Assembly (NCBI GenBank): GCA_051294375.1
Contig: CM119271.1
Coordinates: 13,764,372-13,828,371, forward strand
Length of the DNA: 64,000 nt
Source of the DNA: Paraspadella gotoi
Lineage: Eukaryota > Animalia > Chaetognatha
Direction: 5' to 3'
A model generated the notes under the pieces. It did no database searches, was not told where the DNA came from, and worked only from the letters and a program-made list of their open reading frames with translations. The translations under genes and the position numbers were made by a program. Of this stretch, positions 1-12,290 are shown piece by piece; the stretch's first letter is position 1; every line of letters starts with the position of its first letter.

Positions 1-796
1 CCAACCAACTAGAACCACACCTGCATGAATCGCCGGCGACAAAGCTATTTGAATGAACTACAACTTAAAACTAAACAGTAAGCAAGTTTAAAGGGAAAAA
101 ATGAATTTAAATTTATTGTAATTAATTTTAAAATGGTTTTTATATAAAGTTAAGACATTAATGCAAATGGTCATACAAAAATATTATCTTTAAAAAAAAA
201 AAAAATTGGTAATTTTTTGCCCCTGCTCGGTGAACCCCAAGGGCCCTGCATCTTACCTCAGAGGTAAAATATTGAAAATCGCCTCGATATTCCATTAATT
301 GTAGCCATTGGGATACAGTATGCAAAATCATAAGAATTTGGTTCAGTGATTTTGTAAGAACCGATTCTCAGCCAGAACAAGCTTGAGCAAACAATGTCGG
401 ATCTCCCCACGATAATTAAGCAGTAATCAGCTAAAATAAATAAATAGATAAATAAATAAATACTATAGTAAAAATAATTACAAATAAAGTGCAAATAATT
501 TTTTAACTATTATTTTTTTTTCCACTTGCATCATTTTTTTCAACTCCATCATTTTTTCAACTTGCATCATTTTTTCACTTAATTAATTATTTATTAATTA
601 ATTAAAACATTCATGAGTAAGCATAAATAATAAAAATTCAAGTCGACTTGACTTTTTTTTTTTTTTTTTTATGCAAACTCATTTCCACTCCTCGATTTCA
701 ACAAAACCTTATCTTCTGCTCAATCACTCAGTTTCTTTCCCACACACAAAATTTCATCCCATTCTATCCATCCAACTCTGAATAAATCGATTAATT

Positions 797-1008
797 ATGG
801 ATTAAAATTAGGAAATGTTTATTGAGTGCCAATACAACGATTTTTTATTATCAATAGTACATGTTTCGACTCTGCTGGTTCGAGTCTTCATCAGAGTCGA
901 AACATGTACTATTGATAATAAAAAATCGTTGTATTGGCACTCAATAAACATTTCCTAATATTCACTTAGCAACGAAAAAAGAGAAAATAATACAATGGAT
1001 TAAAATTA
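797..1008 (-). mobile_element. Penelope-like element fragment with minimal hammerhead ribozyme core, fold-back structure
   Basis: Near-perfect inverted repeat 807-959. The minus strand reads CTGATGA-AGACTC-gaaccagca-GAGTC-GAAA-C, a hammerhead core. Flanked by the direct repeat ATGGATTAAAATTA (797-810 and 995-1008), consistent with a TSD. Confidence 0.7.
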
Positions 1009-1304
1009 ATAAAAAGATTCATTTAAAGTCATTTCCACTCACACGATTCCATCGAAACTATATATCCAGTTCAATCACGCACTCCCCTACCCACACACAA
1101 AATCCTTACCCACACACAAAATTTCATTCCAATCCATCTAATCACGAGTAATTGGAGTTTTTTTGCTAAGGGGGGATGGACTGATAATATGATATTCTGA
1201 TGTGATAAAAATGATTTACCAACAAGGTTTAGAGGTGGGACCGACAAAGTGAATTATAGAGTCGGAATCTGCTAATAATCAGATCCGACTAAAATCGGGG
1301 AGAG

Positions 1305-2015
1305 CAGGACCCGTTTCATGGCTGCTAGAGGGGTTTAAAGAAGTTGCAGATAGTACTCTTCAGCCCCACTTTGCGCCTTATCCACACTGGTGAGCCCATC
1401 CTGTCAAGCGTATTCCAACCTTCTTAGTTAAAAAAAATTAAGTAGCATTTTTAGAATATTTTTACCAATTAAATGAAGAATTATTTTCGTGAAAAAACAT
1501 ATCTTTTATCAACTTTTTGTAAGTAATTTACTTATGCTTGTTGTCGGGCATTGCATAAGTTCACCCCGCCTATAAGCATGACACCTTCAGTCGTGACCCC
1601 GTGGCTCATTGAGTAAAGTCATCAGCTTATGACCATTAGGTACCGGGTTATGCCTGAAGGTGTCATGCTTATAGGCGGGGTGAACTTATGCAATGCCCAA
1701 CTACATTCGTCAGGATGGGCTCACCAGCGTGGATAAAACGCTAAGTGGGGCTACTGTCCGCAACTTCAACCCCCTGTAGCAGCCATGGAACGGGTCCTGG
1801 GTCTTGAAACTAGGCTTGAGGGTTTTCCATGCCCCCAAGGTGGCTTACAGCCGTCCTCACGCTTCCCGCTGGGTTCAATCCCAACCCGGTACCTAGTGAT
1901 CATGAGCTGATGGCTTTACTCAATGAGCCACCGGGTCATGACTGAAGGAGTCGTTCTTATAGGTGGGGTGAACTTAGTCAATTTTGACAGCATGTAGTCG
2001 GGCATTGCATAAGGA
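1305..2015. mobile_element. Cluster of rearranged/inverted tRNA-derived SINE-like copies
   Basis: Segments recur in both orientations (1305-1403 vs 1711-1799; 1543-1608 vs 1653-1698 and 1937-1977). A-box-like TGGCTCATTGAG and B-box-like GGGTTCAATCCC are present. Absent from the paralogous site near 8445. Confidence 0.55.
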
Positions 2016-4190
2016 ATTTTTACAATTAAAAAGTCCTATAGGACTTTTTAATTGTAAAAATAGATACTGACGTTTATTGTATAATTATTATATAACCTAA
2101 TATTATAATTAGGATTTAAAAATAAAATATATTTTGTAATTTTCACTGATTTTGTAATTTGGTGGCTGGGATTATATCGGCTGAAACAAAGTATTAAGGG
2201 GGTGAAGGAACGAAAAATAAAATGTTTTTTTTTAAATTTTACCTTAGAATCAAGTTGATAGATGGATCGATCATATGGATATTAAATATTATTAAGGTGG
2301 GGCAAAATTGAACTCTTTTTACAACATAAAGCTCTCCCAAAGAATTTTTTTTGTTATAAAATTTAATAGATTTCATTATTTTTTTAAATTTACATTGTTA
2401 GAACACTTTTTGAACTTTTTTTAAAAAATTTATTTTTTTTAATTGTAAGCTTTTTCTTCAGTATCAATATGTAAGAAAAAAGATATGAAGCTCTTTTTAT
2501 TAAGCAAAATTTTTTTAGTATTAAATATGTCCATGTCAAGGCTTAGTATCTGTTTAGTGGAAATCATTTAGTGGTGAAAGAATGTATGAATGTAAATTGT
2601 TACTAAAAAGAATTTTGAGGTGTAAAGAACGAAACGTGTCACCTTCGTTATCCACATACAGTAATCATTCGCGGTGAAGAACGAAGTAATTGTCGATGTA
2701 TTCATGAGAAATCATTGTGGTGAAGGAACGAATGAAATAAGATGGTGTCAAAAAAAAGATTTTGAGGTGCATAGAACGAAATTAAAAATTTATTGTCATC
2801 ATATTTTATATTAAAGTACTTGCAGTGTGAAGAACAAAAGTAAAGCAAATCATCCTTATTTTCATTGGAATCATTAAGAAATTCTTTGGGGTGAAGAAAG
2901 AAAATTTTCGGGTTGCAGCATGAGCAGTTTTCTGCACGTATTTGAGGTGTGAAGAACGAAGTCTCGTCATCCTTGTCATGTTGACAAAAATGAATTGGAC
3001 AGCGGTCTGTTCAAATATAGGCAGTATTAGTAATTAAAAAAGTTATAGGGTTACAGGGTTTTGACTTTAAACTTGATTTTAATTTATTTCAGGCATGGTT
3101 AATCGCATAATTTATTTTAAGTATATATTTTTTTAAAATAAATTACATTAAGCATAACATTATTGAAATAATTATATTTGATTATATATTTTTTTATTGA
3201 AATAATTATATTTGATTATATATTTTTTTAAATTACATTAAGCATAACATTATTGAAATAATTATATTTGATTATATATTTTTTTTAAATATTCTATTAA
3301 GCTTTATTTAATTTTTTAATTAAAGTATTAGGAAATATTTTATTATTTTAACTGTATTTAATTTTGACAAAAAAACTTAAAACCATTTTAATTGCATTAG
3401 CCATACCCGTTTGGATTATGAAATTAAAAAGGAAATGGTAATCGAAGAAAGTTAACTTTCTACCAATAAATTAAATTATTTTTAAAATAATTATCGCAAG
3501 TTATTTTTTACCTAATTTTATCCTTTTCAAAAAAATATAATATAATAAATTTTTGGTGGATCTGCCTCCAGCAGATTCCAAATCTATAATCCACTTTGTC
3601 AGTCCTTCTGTAGGGTAAATGAAAATGAGCTAAATAGAAAACAATTTTTTAGCTAATAACCACTAAGCATTTTTTAAAAATAAGATTTTTTTTACATAGG
3701 GTTTTATACCGTTTACTTATTTAATCGATATTATTAAAAGTTTTATTTAAAGATTATAGAATAAAACACCAATTATGGATTAAAATATTTTGTTTTTTCA
3801 GTGGGGGGGCAAGTTTTAAGTCAGAACCCTGTCGCCTAATTTGTTGCAAGTCCTTTCAGAATCCTAACTCGTCAGTGCCAAAATGATTGAAAACTTTAAA
3901 GTGACGACAGCAGAAAAATATTCTAATAATTTATGGTGCAGAACGTTTTACTTTGAACAAGAATTAATGTGACAAATAAAAATAATTGCAGGTGCTGAAT
4001 GAACATTAACATTTAGAGAAATGCAGTTATTGGAGGTGCGGAACGTTTTGGGAAAAATTTATTTTAATGATGGAAGTAATTGAAGGTGAAGATCGTTTGA
4101 GGAGTGACCAGTCTATGAATATAAAGTAGAAAGAATACGAGGTGCTGAATGATGTTGAAAACATTTTACCAAGTTGTAGAATGTTAAATG
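1443..4190 (+). repeat. Segmental duplication copy A (copy B about 8367-17540, expanded by TE insertions)
   Basis: Colinear near-identical blocks, e.g. 2545-3060 vs 12326-12780, 3810-4115 vs 13333-13637 and 4102-4172 vs 17466-17538. Confidence 0.85.
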
Positions 4191-4286
4191 ACGAAATTGC
4201 TTAATAAATCTTCAAGATTCTTGAATACAGGATTCGGACTTAAAACTTACCCCCCATAGAAAAAATTACTAGTCCCATCCATAATT

Positions 4287-4522
4287 TGTACTAAATGATA
4301 GCAGATTCGAAAACGAAAGTTTTAGTATTTTTTACAACGATTTTGTTTACAAAGTATTAGACATGTTTCGACTCTTGTTTTTCGAGTCTTCATGAAGAGT
4401 CGAAACATGTCCAATACCTTTGTAAACAAAATCGTTGTAAAAAAAATAAAACTTTCGTTTTCGAATATCTATATTGAACAACGAAAAGAGAGAAAAAATT
4501 ACACAATGTGTACTAAATGATA
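4287..4522. mobile_element. Penelope-like fold-back fragment (degenerate hammerhead core)
   Basis: Inverted repeat about 4306-4466 centred on GTTTCGACTC...GAGTCGAAAC, with the same CAACGAAAA-GAGA tail as 797-1008. 14-bp direct repeat TGTACTAAATGATA at 4287 and 4509. Confidence 0.65.
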
Positions 4523-4559
4523 TATCTGAAAAATTTAGTTTTAACAATTATTTCATTGG

Positions 4560-4900
4560 TCATTTTACTTCATGTTTAGCTCATGTCAGGTACTCATTTA
4601 TGAAGTATACCTTCCGTAGGACCCTTCCAAAGATGAGCAGACGATATGAAAAAGTCTTTATATTCTTGGTACCACTGTGTATACAATAATGATCCGAAAT
4701 TGATGTAATTCCGGTTACAAGTACTTTTGAGTGTTACATTTAATTTCGCCCCATACTGCAATATCCAAATGAATTTAGAGTATTATATGGGGCATAATGC
4801 CCTGAGGCCAAAATTCGGAGAAATTATATTAAAGGAAATCTTACTTTATATTAGTAACATGGTATATTATGCCGTATAAATAACATGGATCGATGGTTTA
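4560..4900 (-). pseudogene. Possible decayed Tc1/mariner-type transposase fragment
   Basis: With frameshifts the minus strand gives FWPQG...LN(S)LDIAVWGEIK, resembling the WPPxSPDLNPLDYxVWGxLK motif of IS630/Tc1/mariner transposases. Confidence 0.35.
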
Positions 4901-7329
4901 AAAAAAAATATTTTAAACTTGTCTTTCATAACTTTAATTATGGTAATTTATATATTTTATACCAAAATCTTAAATGAAGCCTTTCTCTGTTAATAGTCAG
5001 TTTTAATATAATTTTAATAATTACGCATATTTATTTCTTAACAGTTATTTTTAACCTGTCTTCAAAGTGCTCTTATCATAGTTATGAAACTTATTGATTG
5101 CCTAATTTATCGCTAAAATGGCAGTTTTGCTGGGGATTCATTCATTTTGATAGTATCACTTTAATGACAAGAAATTTCAAAAGAATGAATGAATGAATAG
5201 CATTTGAATGATTCTGTAGTTTTTTAATCTTATCAAAATTAACATTATACCATTTATTATTATTATTACCACAGGTTGATTCATCTCGTTATTTTTTCTT
5301 TGTTTACATGTTTTGAAAGAGATTCATCTCTAACTTTTTCCCATGTTTAGTTTTCTAGGTGACTGCTTATAGCTTAAGAAAATGAAGAAGCGTAAAAGAA
5401 AAAACTTTCCCAAAATATTTTTAAACTACACATCAAGTCGTTAAAATTAGGACATCAAAAGAAGAAATTATTTAGAATTTTCCAAAGTTAATGTTTATCA
5501 AAAATAAAGTAACCATCATCGAACATTTAAACGCTTTGAATCGTTTCCGGGGCGCGTCGAGTAAGTGGTAGTTGGGCGCAGCGATCGCAAGAAAAACGAG
5601 GTGGATGTTTCTGCATCGGGCGCCGCCACCCACTATCTCGGCGTCCGGAAACAGCTTCCACGATTAAAAATGGATTAAAGAACGAACTTATTCACATGGA
5701 ACTGGTATGGAAATCAAGATAAAAATGGTTGAAAGAACGAACAATATTCTCTCTGCTTTCGGGTTTTATTCACTTGATAAAATTTGTTGAAAGAAAGAAC
5801 TGAAATGGGGGGAGGAACTGACTGAGACACACCCCTTAGCTGTTGACAAGGAGAAGAAACGAACTGGAGACTTTGCCCTATTCAAAAAGAGGAGAAAGAA
5901 TGAAATTGTGCTTAATTTTGATGCAAGGGGGTAGACGGAAGATGGAACGAAGGTTCTTATTCCAAAAAAATCAAGATGGTTGAAAGAATGTGGACGATAT
6001 ACTTGCCATTAAAAAGATCATGTAGAAGGAAAGGAGGTGCTCTTGACTTAAGTGATTCAAATATACTTGGACAGAAATGTGGTGAAAGAATGACAAAACA
6101 GACGAACCCTTCGAGACCCGGTCGCCTGACGAGGCAGTTTTGGAATCAAGAAATGGCGGAAGGCAAAGGATTGAGTCCGGAGGTTTTCCGAAGAGAAGGT
6201 TGTTTTTTTGTTTTTGGAAAGAGGCCATCGCGGCGACGGCCAGTGTCATCGAGGATCGTCCAGAAAAGAAGATGAAAAACCGAGTACTGAAGAAAGATAT
6301 TCGTGGTGAAAGAAATGACAAAGAAACCCCTTCACACGTGCAATTTACCGAAGGGAAAGAATGTGAGTGACTTTAATATACATTGACAATAATAAGATGG
6401 TGAAAGAACGTTAACGCCTTTGTACTCGTGTCACATAATTGCATGGATTATGAAGGTGGAAGACGGGGGGGGAAAAAAGCCTTCACAATTTTGTAAAGAA
6501 GATATTAAGTTGATGAAAGAAAGTTACAAGATGTAAGAGCTCCCAAGATCGCTTTTTTCAATCTTCGTGGTGAAAGAATGTTTTATCTGGAAACTTTGGC
6601 TCCCTAAGTAAACGCTGCTCTAAAAAGAAACATTTGAAGAAAGAATGTATTGATTATTTCAACAAACCATTATTAGAGCAATTGGTATGAAATAATCCAT
6701 AAAATGTCAGCTGAATCCTATGGAAGTCGACATGGTGCTCGAATGTGTAGAGGATTTTGTTTGGTAAAGCTGAGCGATCACGCGAGGTGAAGTCCGAATA
6801 TTCTCACTTGCTGCGTCACGTGAGAAACGAGCGACCTTTATTGCAAAATCTAAAAATACAACCACGGAGATATTGCGATGGAGTATTCTTTTTTATCACC
6901 TGCTTCGTCCATTACACAAAAGGTTGGTGTCATGGTCATGTTAAAAATGTATTTTCTGTAGTATTATGTTAACTATTATTCCATGAATAGATAATTACCA
7001 AAAAAAATATATACTAATTTATTTTTAATTTTCTAATACAGAGGGCAACATCTTTAACGGTGTTGTCTCATATGACGAACATCCTGATCATGCTTCATCT
7101 TTCTTTGGACCTGCTAATTCTACTGGGGACGTTAACATCATCAGCTTTAAACTCCATCTGTAAAGTTGATAAAAACTTTGTAGGAGTGCGGGTTAAACGC
7201 GTAGTGAAAGTTGCATATAAAAATATATATATATTGTATAGTGTTATTTTTATACATTTACAAAATTTAAAATTTATACGTTTCTTAAAAATGTTTTTAA
7301 AATTAGCTAAAAATTTTAAAACCTTTAAA

Positions 7330-8360
7330 ATCAGTTCTGACCAAACCACTAAACCAAATTTGATACGATTTCACGTATAGTATCCAGATGCCCAATGCAA
7401 TGGCCAAATAATTGGGACTATCGAGGCGATTTTTAATATTTTACCCCTGGGCTCATTTTTGAAAAAAAATTGTTTTTTACTTACCTGTGCTGACCCCTTT
7501 CAGGCCCATGTCTCGGGTCATGGTTCCAATTTCAAAAATCCCCTTGGTCCTATTTTTATTGCCCAAAAACTAGTTTTTGTAAAATTTCATCAAGGTCGGT
7601 CTAGTACAGAGGGCTTCATATTAGAAAATCTTTTGTTTTTTCGAAACGAGAATCGGTTCTGATCAAACTACTAGGCCGATTTTGGTGAAATTTTGCATGA
7701 ATGAATTTTAGGGCAATAGAAATGAAACTATTGGGAGGATTTTTAAAATTTGACCTATGACCCAAGATATGGGCCCCTCAGAGGTCAGCCCAGGCGGGCA
7801 AAAAATGAGCAAAAATTTTGTTAATTTTTTTATCCTGAGTCGTTGAAGAAACGTTTCCTTGTTCAGAAAAGTATATTTATTATGACCCAAAAAAAAAAAA
7901 TGTTGTCGAACTCAAATTAAACTTTTTCGTAGACAAAAACATAAACTTGTCAACTTTTAAGTGGAGAGCAAAAATTAGATCTAAAATGGACTAAGCAGTA
8001 AGCAAGTTTAAAGGAAGAAAAATGAATTTAAATTTATGATAATTAATTTTAAAATAGTTTTTCTACAATGTTAAGACATAAATGCAAATGATTGCAAAAA
8101 AAATTTTCTTTAAAGAAAACATTTTTTTCCAACGCGCAGGTGACCCCCAAGGGCCCTGTATCTTGGCTCAGGGGTAAAATATTGAAAATCGCCTCGATAG
8201 TCCCTTTAGTATAGCTATTGAGATACAGTATGCAAAATCATATAGTATTTGGTTCAGTGAATTGGTCAGAACCGATTCTCGGTCAGAAAAACGGGGAGAG
8301 CATTTTCTAATGTAGTTTTTTCTTCTGTAGTTTGATTGGAACCTATTCTCGGTTCAAAAA
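7330..8360. mobile_element. Non-autonomous DNA transposon family copies (related copies at about 66-400 and 21827-22296)
   Basis: Shared blocks CCCCAAGGGCCCTG...GTAAAATATTGAAAATCGCCTCGATA and their inverted counterparts ACTATCGAGGCGA. Confidence 0.55.
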
Positions 8361-8497
8361 ATCAAATAGCGTTTTTAGAATATTTTTACCAGCTAAATAA
8401 AAAAATATTTTCTTTAAAAAACATATTTTTTATCAACTTTTTGTAAGGAATTTTTTTACACATGCTGTCAAAATTTATTATATATCCTAATACTATA

Positions 8498-9737
8498 CAC
8501 GGTAGGGCAGAGAGGATGTGAAAGAAACAAAAAAAGTGCCATCTCTGAAACCTATAAAATCTTAAAGTATACCCATGAGACACTTAATGTGGTAGGTCAG
8601 TAAAATTCGATAAAGGCAGGTTTTTTTTTAAATGCTCATTAAAGTTTTTGAAAATTTTTTATAAAATTTTTTAAATAGTTTAGTGAAAATGCTTACAATT
8701 TTAATGTCTATACATCTATCATTATCTACAGAGCATAAGCTTTAATTTGAGACCTCTCCCAACTTTTTACGATTTTTTGTAATTGAATTATAAGTAAAAA
8801 TCATAATTAAAAAAAAAAATTAATAATCAATCAGTTTTTTCAAACGGATTATTTCTTAAAAATAAAAGTACAAATAGGTTCTCAAAATGCAGTTCTACTT
8901 ATTAAGCCCTAAAAACAAATTTTTAAAAAATTTATATAAAATTTATTATAAAAAATAAATAATACAGATAATTAATTTTATTTTTTAAAAAAAAATATGT
9001 GATATTTAATTAAAACTTAATCTCAAATAGAATAACAGATAATATTAGTTGAGCACTTTAATTCAAAATCATATCCAGCTTTAAAAAGTAATTATATAAT
9101 TTATCACTTATCAAAAAAAATTTTATTCATAAAATTATATTATAATAATAACTCGCTCAATATTTTGATATATTAATTAATAGACAAATGTGTAAAAATA
9201 TTAACAAACAGAATGCTTTAACTTTTAATACTTAATTAGAGTATATATTAATATTTTTCAAAATATTTTTTTCATTTTTAAAATTTTTTATATTAAAATT
9301 ATTATAATTAAAAAAAAACTTATTTTGAAGCCAATAAGTAGAACGTATTTTAAGAACATATTTGTATTTTTATTTTTAAGAAATAATCTGTTCAATGGTA
9401 CTAATTGATTAATCTTTTAAAAAAAAAGATATTTAATTTTTACTTATATTTCAATAGCGAAAAGTAATAGAAAGTTGGGAGTGGTTTCAAATTAAAGCTT
9501 ATGCTTTGTAGATAATGATAGACATATAGACATTTAAATTGTAAGCATATTCACTAAACTACTTAAAAATTTTTATAAAAAAATTTAAAAACTTTAATGA
9601 GCATTTAAAAAAAACCTGCCTTTATCGAATTTTACTGACCTACCACATTAAGTGTCTCATTGGTATACTTTAAGAATTTATAGTTTCAGAGATGGCACTT
9701 TTTTTGTTTTCTTTCACATCCTCTCTGCCCTACCGTG
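8498..9737. mobile_element. Fold-back MITE, long TIRs, TA TSD (Tc1/mariner-like)
   Basis: CACGGTAGGGCAGAGAGGATGTG... / ...CACATCCTCTCTGCCCTACCGTG with TA on both sides. The empty site is visible in duplication copy A (about 2095-2115). Confidence 0.9.
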
Positions 9738-10869
9738 TATAATTATGAATTTAAAAATAAAATATATTTTGTATTTTTCACTACGATTTTGCAATTTGGT
9801 GGTAGGGATTATATCGGCTGAAAAATAAGTAGTAAGGGGGTGAAGGAATGAAAAATTAAATAAGAATATCTTTGCTTAATTTTACCATAAGCTCAAGTTG
9901 ATAGACGATGGTTCGATCATGTGGATATTAAATATCAAGATGGGACAAAATTGAACACTTTTTACAACATAAAGCTTTCCGAAAAAAATTTTTTTGTTAT
10001 AAACCACTAATAGATTTCATAGTTTTATAAAAAAATTTATTGTTAGAACACTTTTTAAAAATATGATAAAAAAAAACTTTGAATATTAAAAATTTTTTTC
10101 AACGTATGATTTTTTTAATCTCTAATAATCAGTTAATCACGGTACCATTATTTATATAAAAAACTAGTTTTCAACTTGTTCCAGTTTAATAAATATTATA
10201 TCTAGCCAAGGCAAGTGGAAAGTATGTAATTTATTGAGCGGTGAAAGAAAAGCCGAAAAGTTCTATTTAACCCTGAAATTGTAAGTTTATGAGGTGGGCA
10301 ATGTTCATATTTTTAATGGAGTACGACCCTACTATACTTTAAAGGTGATGATTCTCAAAGAGGTGAAAGATTGATTCTGCATCAACCTGTGAACTCCCGC
10401 GGTTGCGTTGTTGACGTCAGGTTGTTTAGTAAAGGTATTAACTGGGCCACATATGAGAAAGGGCTCTCTCAATTATTTGAATCGATATTTTTTCCTACCA
10501 AATTTTTATGAAGTTAATTTTTTTTAATATATATATATATATATATAAAAGACCGTTTAATAAATTTTTCTCTTTTTCTAAAAAATTATTTAAATCAATA
10601 TTTTAAGATATAACATTACGCAGATTATAATTTCATACCTAATAAAGGAAGTAAAATTAGGTTTATTATAATTGTTTCAAAAAGTTTTTTCCCACTAAAT
10701 TTAAGAAGTATTTTTTATTGCCCTAGGTGTAAATATCGGATTACTTTAATTGTGAGCTTTTTCTACAGTATCAATATATGTAAAAAAAAATATGAAGCTT
10801 TTTTGATAAGCGAAATTTTGTTAGTTTTAATTATGATTTTAATTGTAAGCTTTTTCTACAGTATTAATA

Positions 10870-12290
10870 CAAGGTGACACACGACAGCCCACCGCTAAAA
10901 AAAAATCGTTATTTGCAAACTTGTGAATATTTTTTTTAATCTGAAACCTTTTTTCTGTATCATTTATATATCCAAATTTTATATTGATTGGTTTTGATTT
11001 GACTTGGCAATGAGCGGAGAAAAGTTGCTTTCAATATTGTGTTTCATTTTTCTTCAATCTGTTTGACTAACTTTTTAAAAAAATTTATATAAAAAGGTAT
11101 CAATATTAATATTTTCTGAAGGCTCTTAAAAATATGAAGAGAATGGCATGATTAAAAATACTGTAATATAAAAATTAGCCTATCCAACTTTTAAAAAAAA
11201 AGTAATCAAAACTAAGATAATTAATAAAAATTTTAAAGAGCAGTTTTGGAATAATTATTAAATTATTGTTAGCTATTTTAATTTAGTTTTTCTTAAGCTT
11301 TTTATGATACCTATATAAACAATAAGGTGGAACAAGGTAAAAATTAAAAGTTCTGTAATATAAATAATATTAAAGCATCCCCGTGGGATAACGAAATTTA
11401 AAAAAATTTTTAGAATTTATGTATCGTTAATAACATAGCATTTAAAGTTTATCGTATTACTATAAATAATGAAAAATAATTTATTTCTAATTTAGAATTT
11501 TTATAAAATTTCTAAACTTTTATGTTTTATTAGTTAAAATTAGCAAAAACTATAAAAATTATGGTATGATGATGATGATAATGATTTTTAAAGGTTTTTC
11601 CTTTATTTGATTCACTTATCATCGAAATATTGAAAAACAAATTATACTTTGTGGAGACAACTTTTTATGGGCTATCTGAATCCGTTCTTAAAAATAAAAT
11701 TATTAAAAATTTTTTTTCATTGCTTATGTATTAATAAATATTGAAAGGCTTCAATGTTATACTGTGCTAAACTAGTTTAAAAAGTGATAGTGAATATTGA
11801 TTAAGTATATGATGGACAAATGAATTTTATATTACAGAACTCCTCATGATAAAAAGTGATCAAATTTGGCCCGCTTTAATAAACAATAAACGGGTCAGAT
11901 ATTTGAAAAAATATATTTTAGGATTTTATTATTTCATAAGCTGGTTAGGCTTATTTTCATGTTAGAATATTCCTAAATATTTCATTTTCTTCAAATTTTT
12001 AAGAGCTTTCAGAAGATATTAATATTGATACTTCTTCATGTAAAAGTTCTTTAAAAAATGTTCAACAAAAAGATTGAAATAAAAAAACATTTGTTTTAAA
12101 ATCAAAAACGATTTTTAAAGCAACTTTTTCCCGGTCATTGCCTACTCAAATCATAACCAATCAATATGAATTTTGGATATATTAATGATTTAGGTTTTTA
12201 ATACAGAAAAAATCTTTCAGATTAAACAAATCTTCAAAAGTTTGCAAATGACGATTTTTTTTTAGTGGCGGGCTGTCGTGTGGCACCTTG
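10870..12290. mobile_element. MITE with long TIRs, TA TSD
   Basis: CAAGGTGACACACGACAGCCC... / ...GGGCTGTCGTGTGGCACCTTG flanked by TA. Internal similarity to 18722-19660. Confidence 0.85.

Noticed and set aside
1865-1940. Functional tRNA gene
   Set aside because: Acceptor and T stems are not intact, and the sequence is part of a multi-copy rearranged SINE-like element.
2944-2958. T-box (AGGTGTGAA) or heat-shock element explanation for the motif
   Set aside because: Only a couple of copies match the T-box half-site, and the GAA blocks are not arranged as alternating inverted nGAAn units.
5971-6370. Overlapping ORFs of 76-116 aa
   Set aside because: No domain or splice structure. They lie within an array run and reflect locally higher GC.
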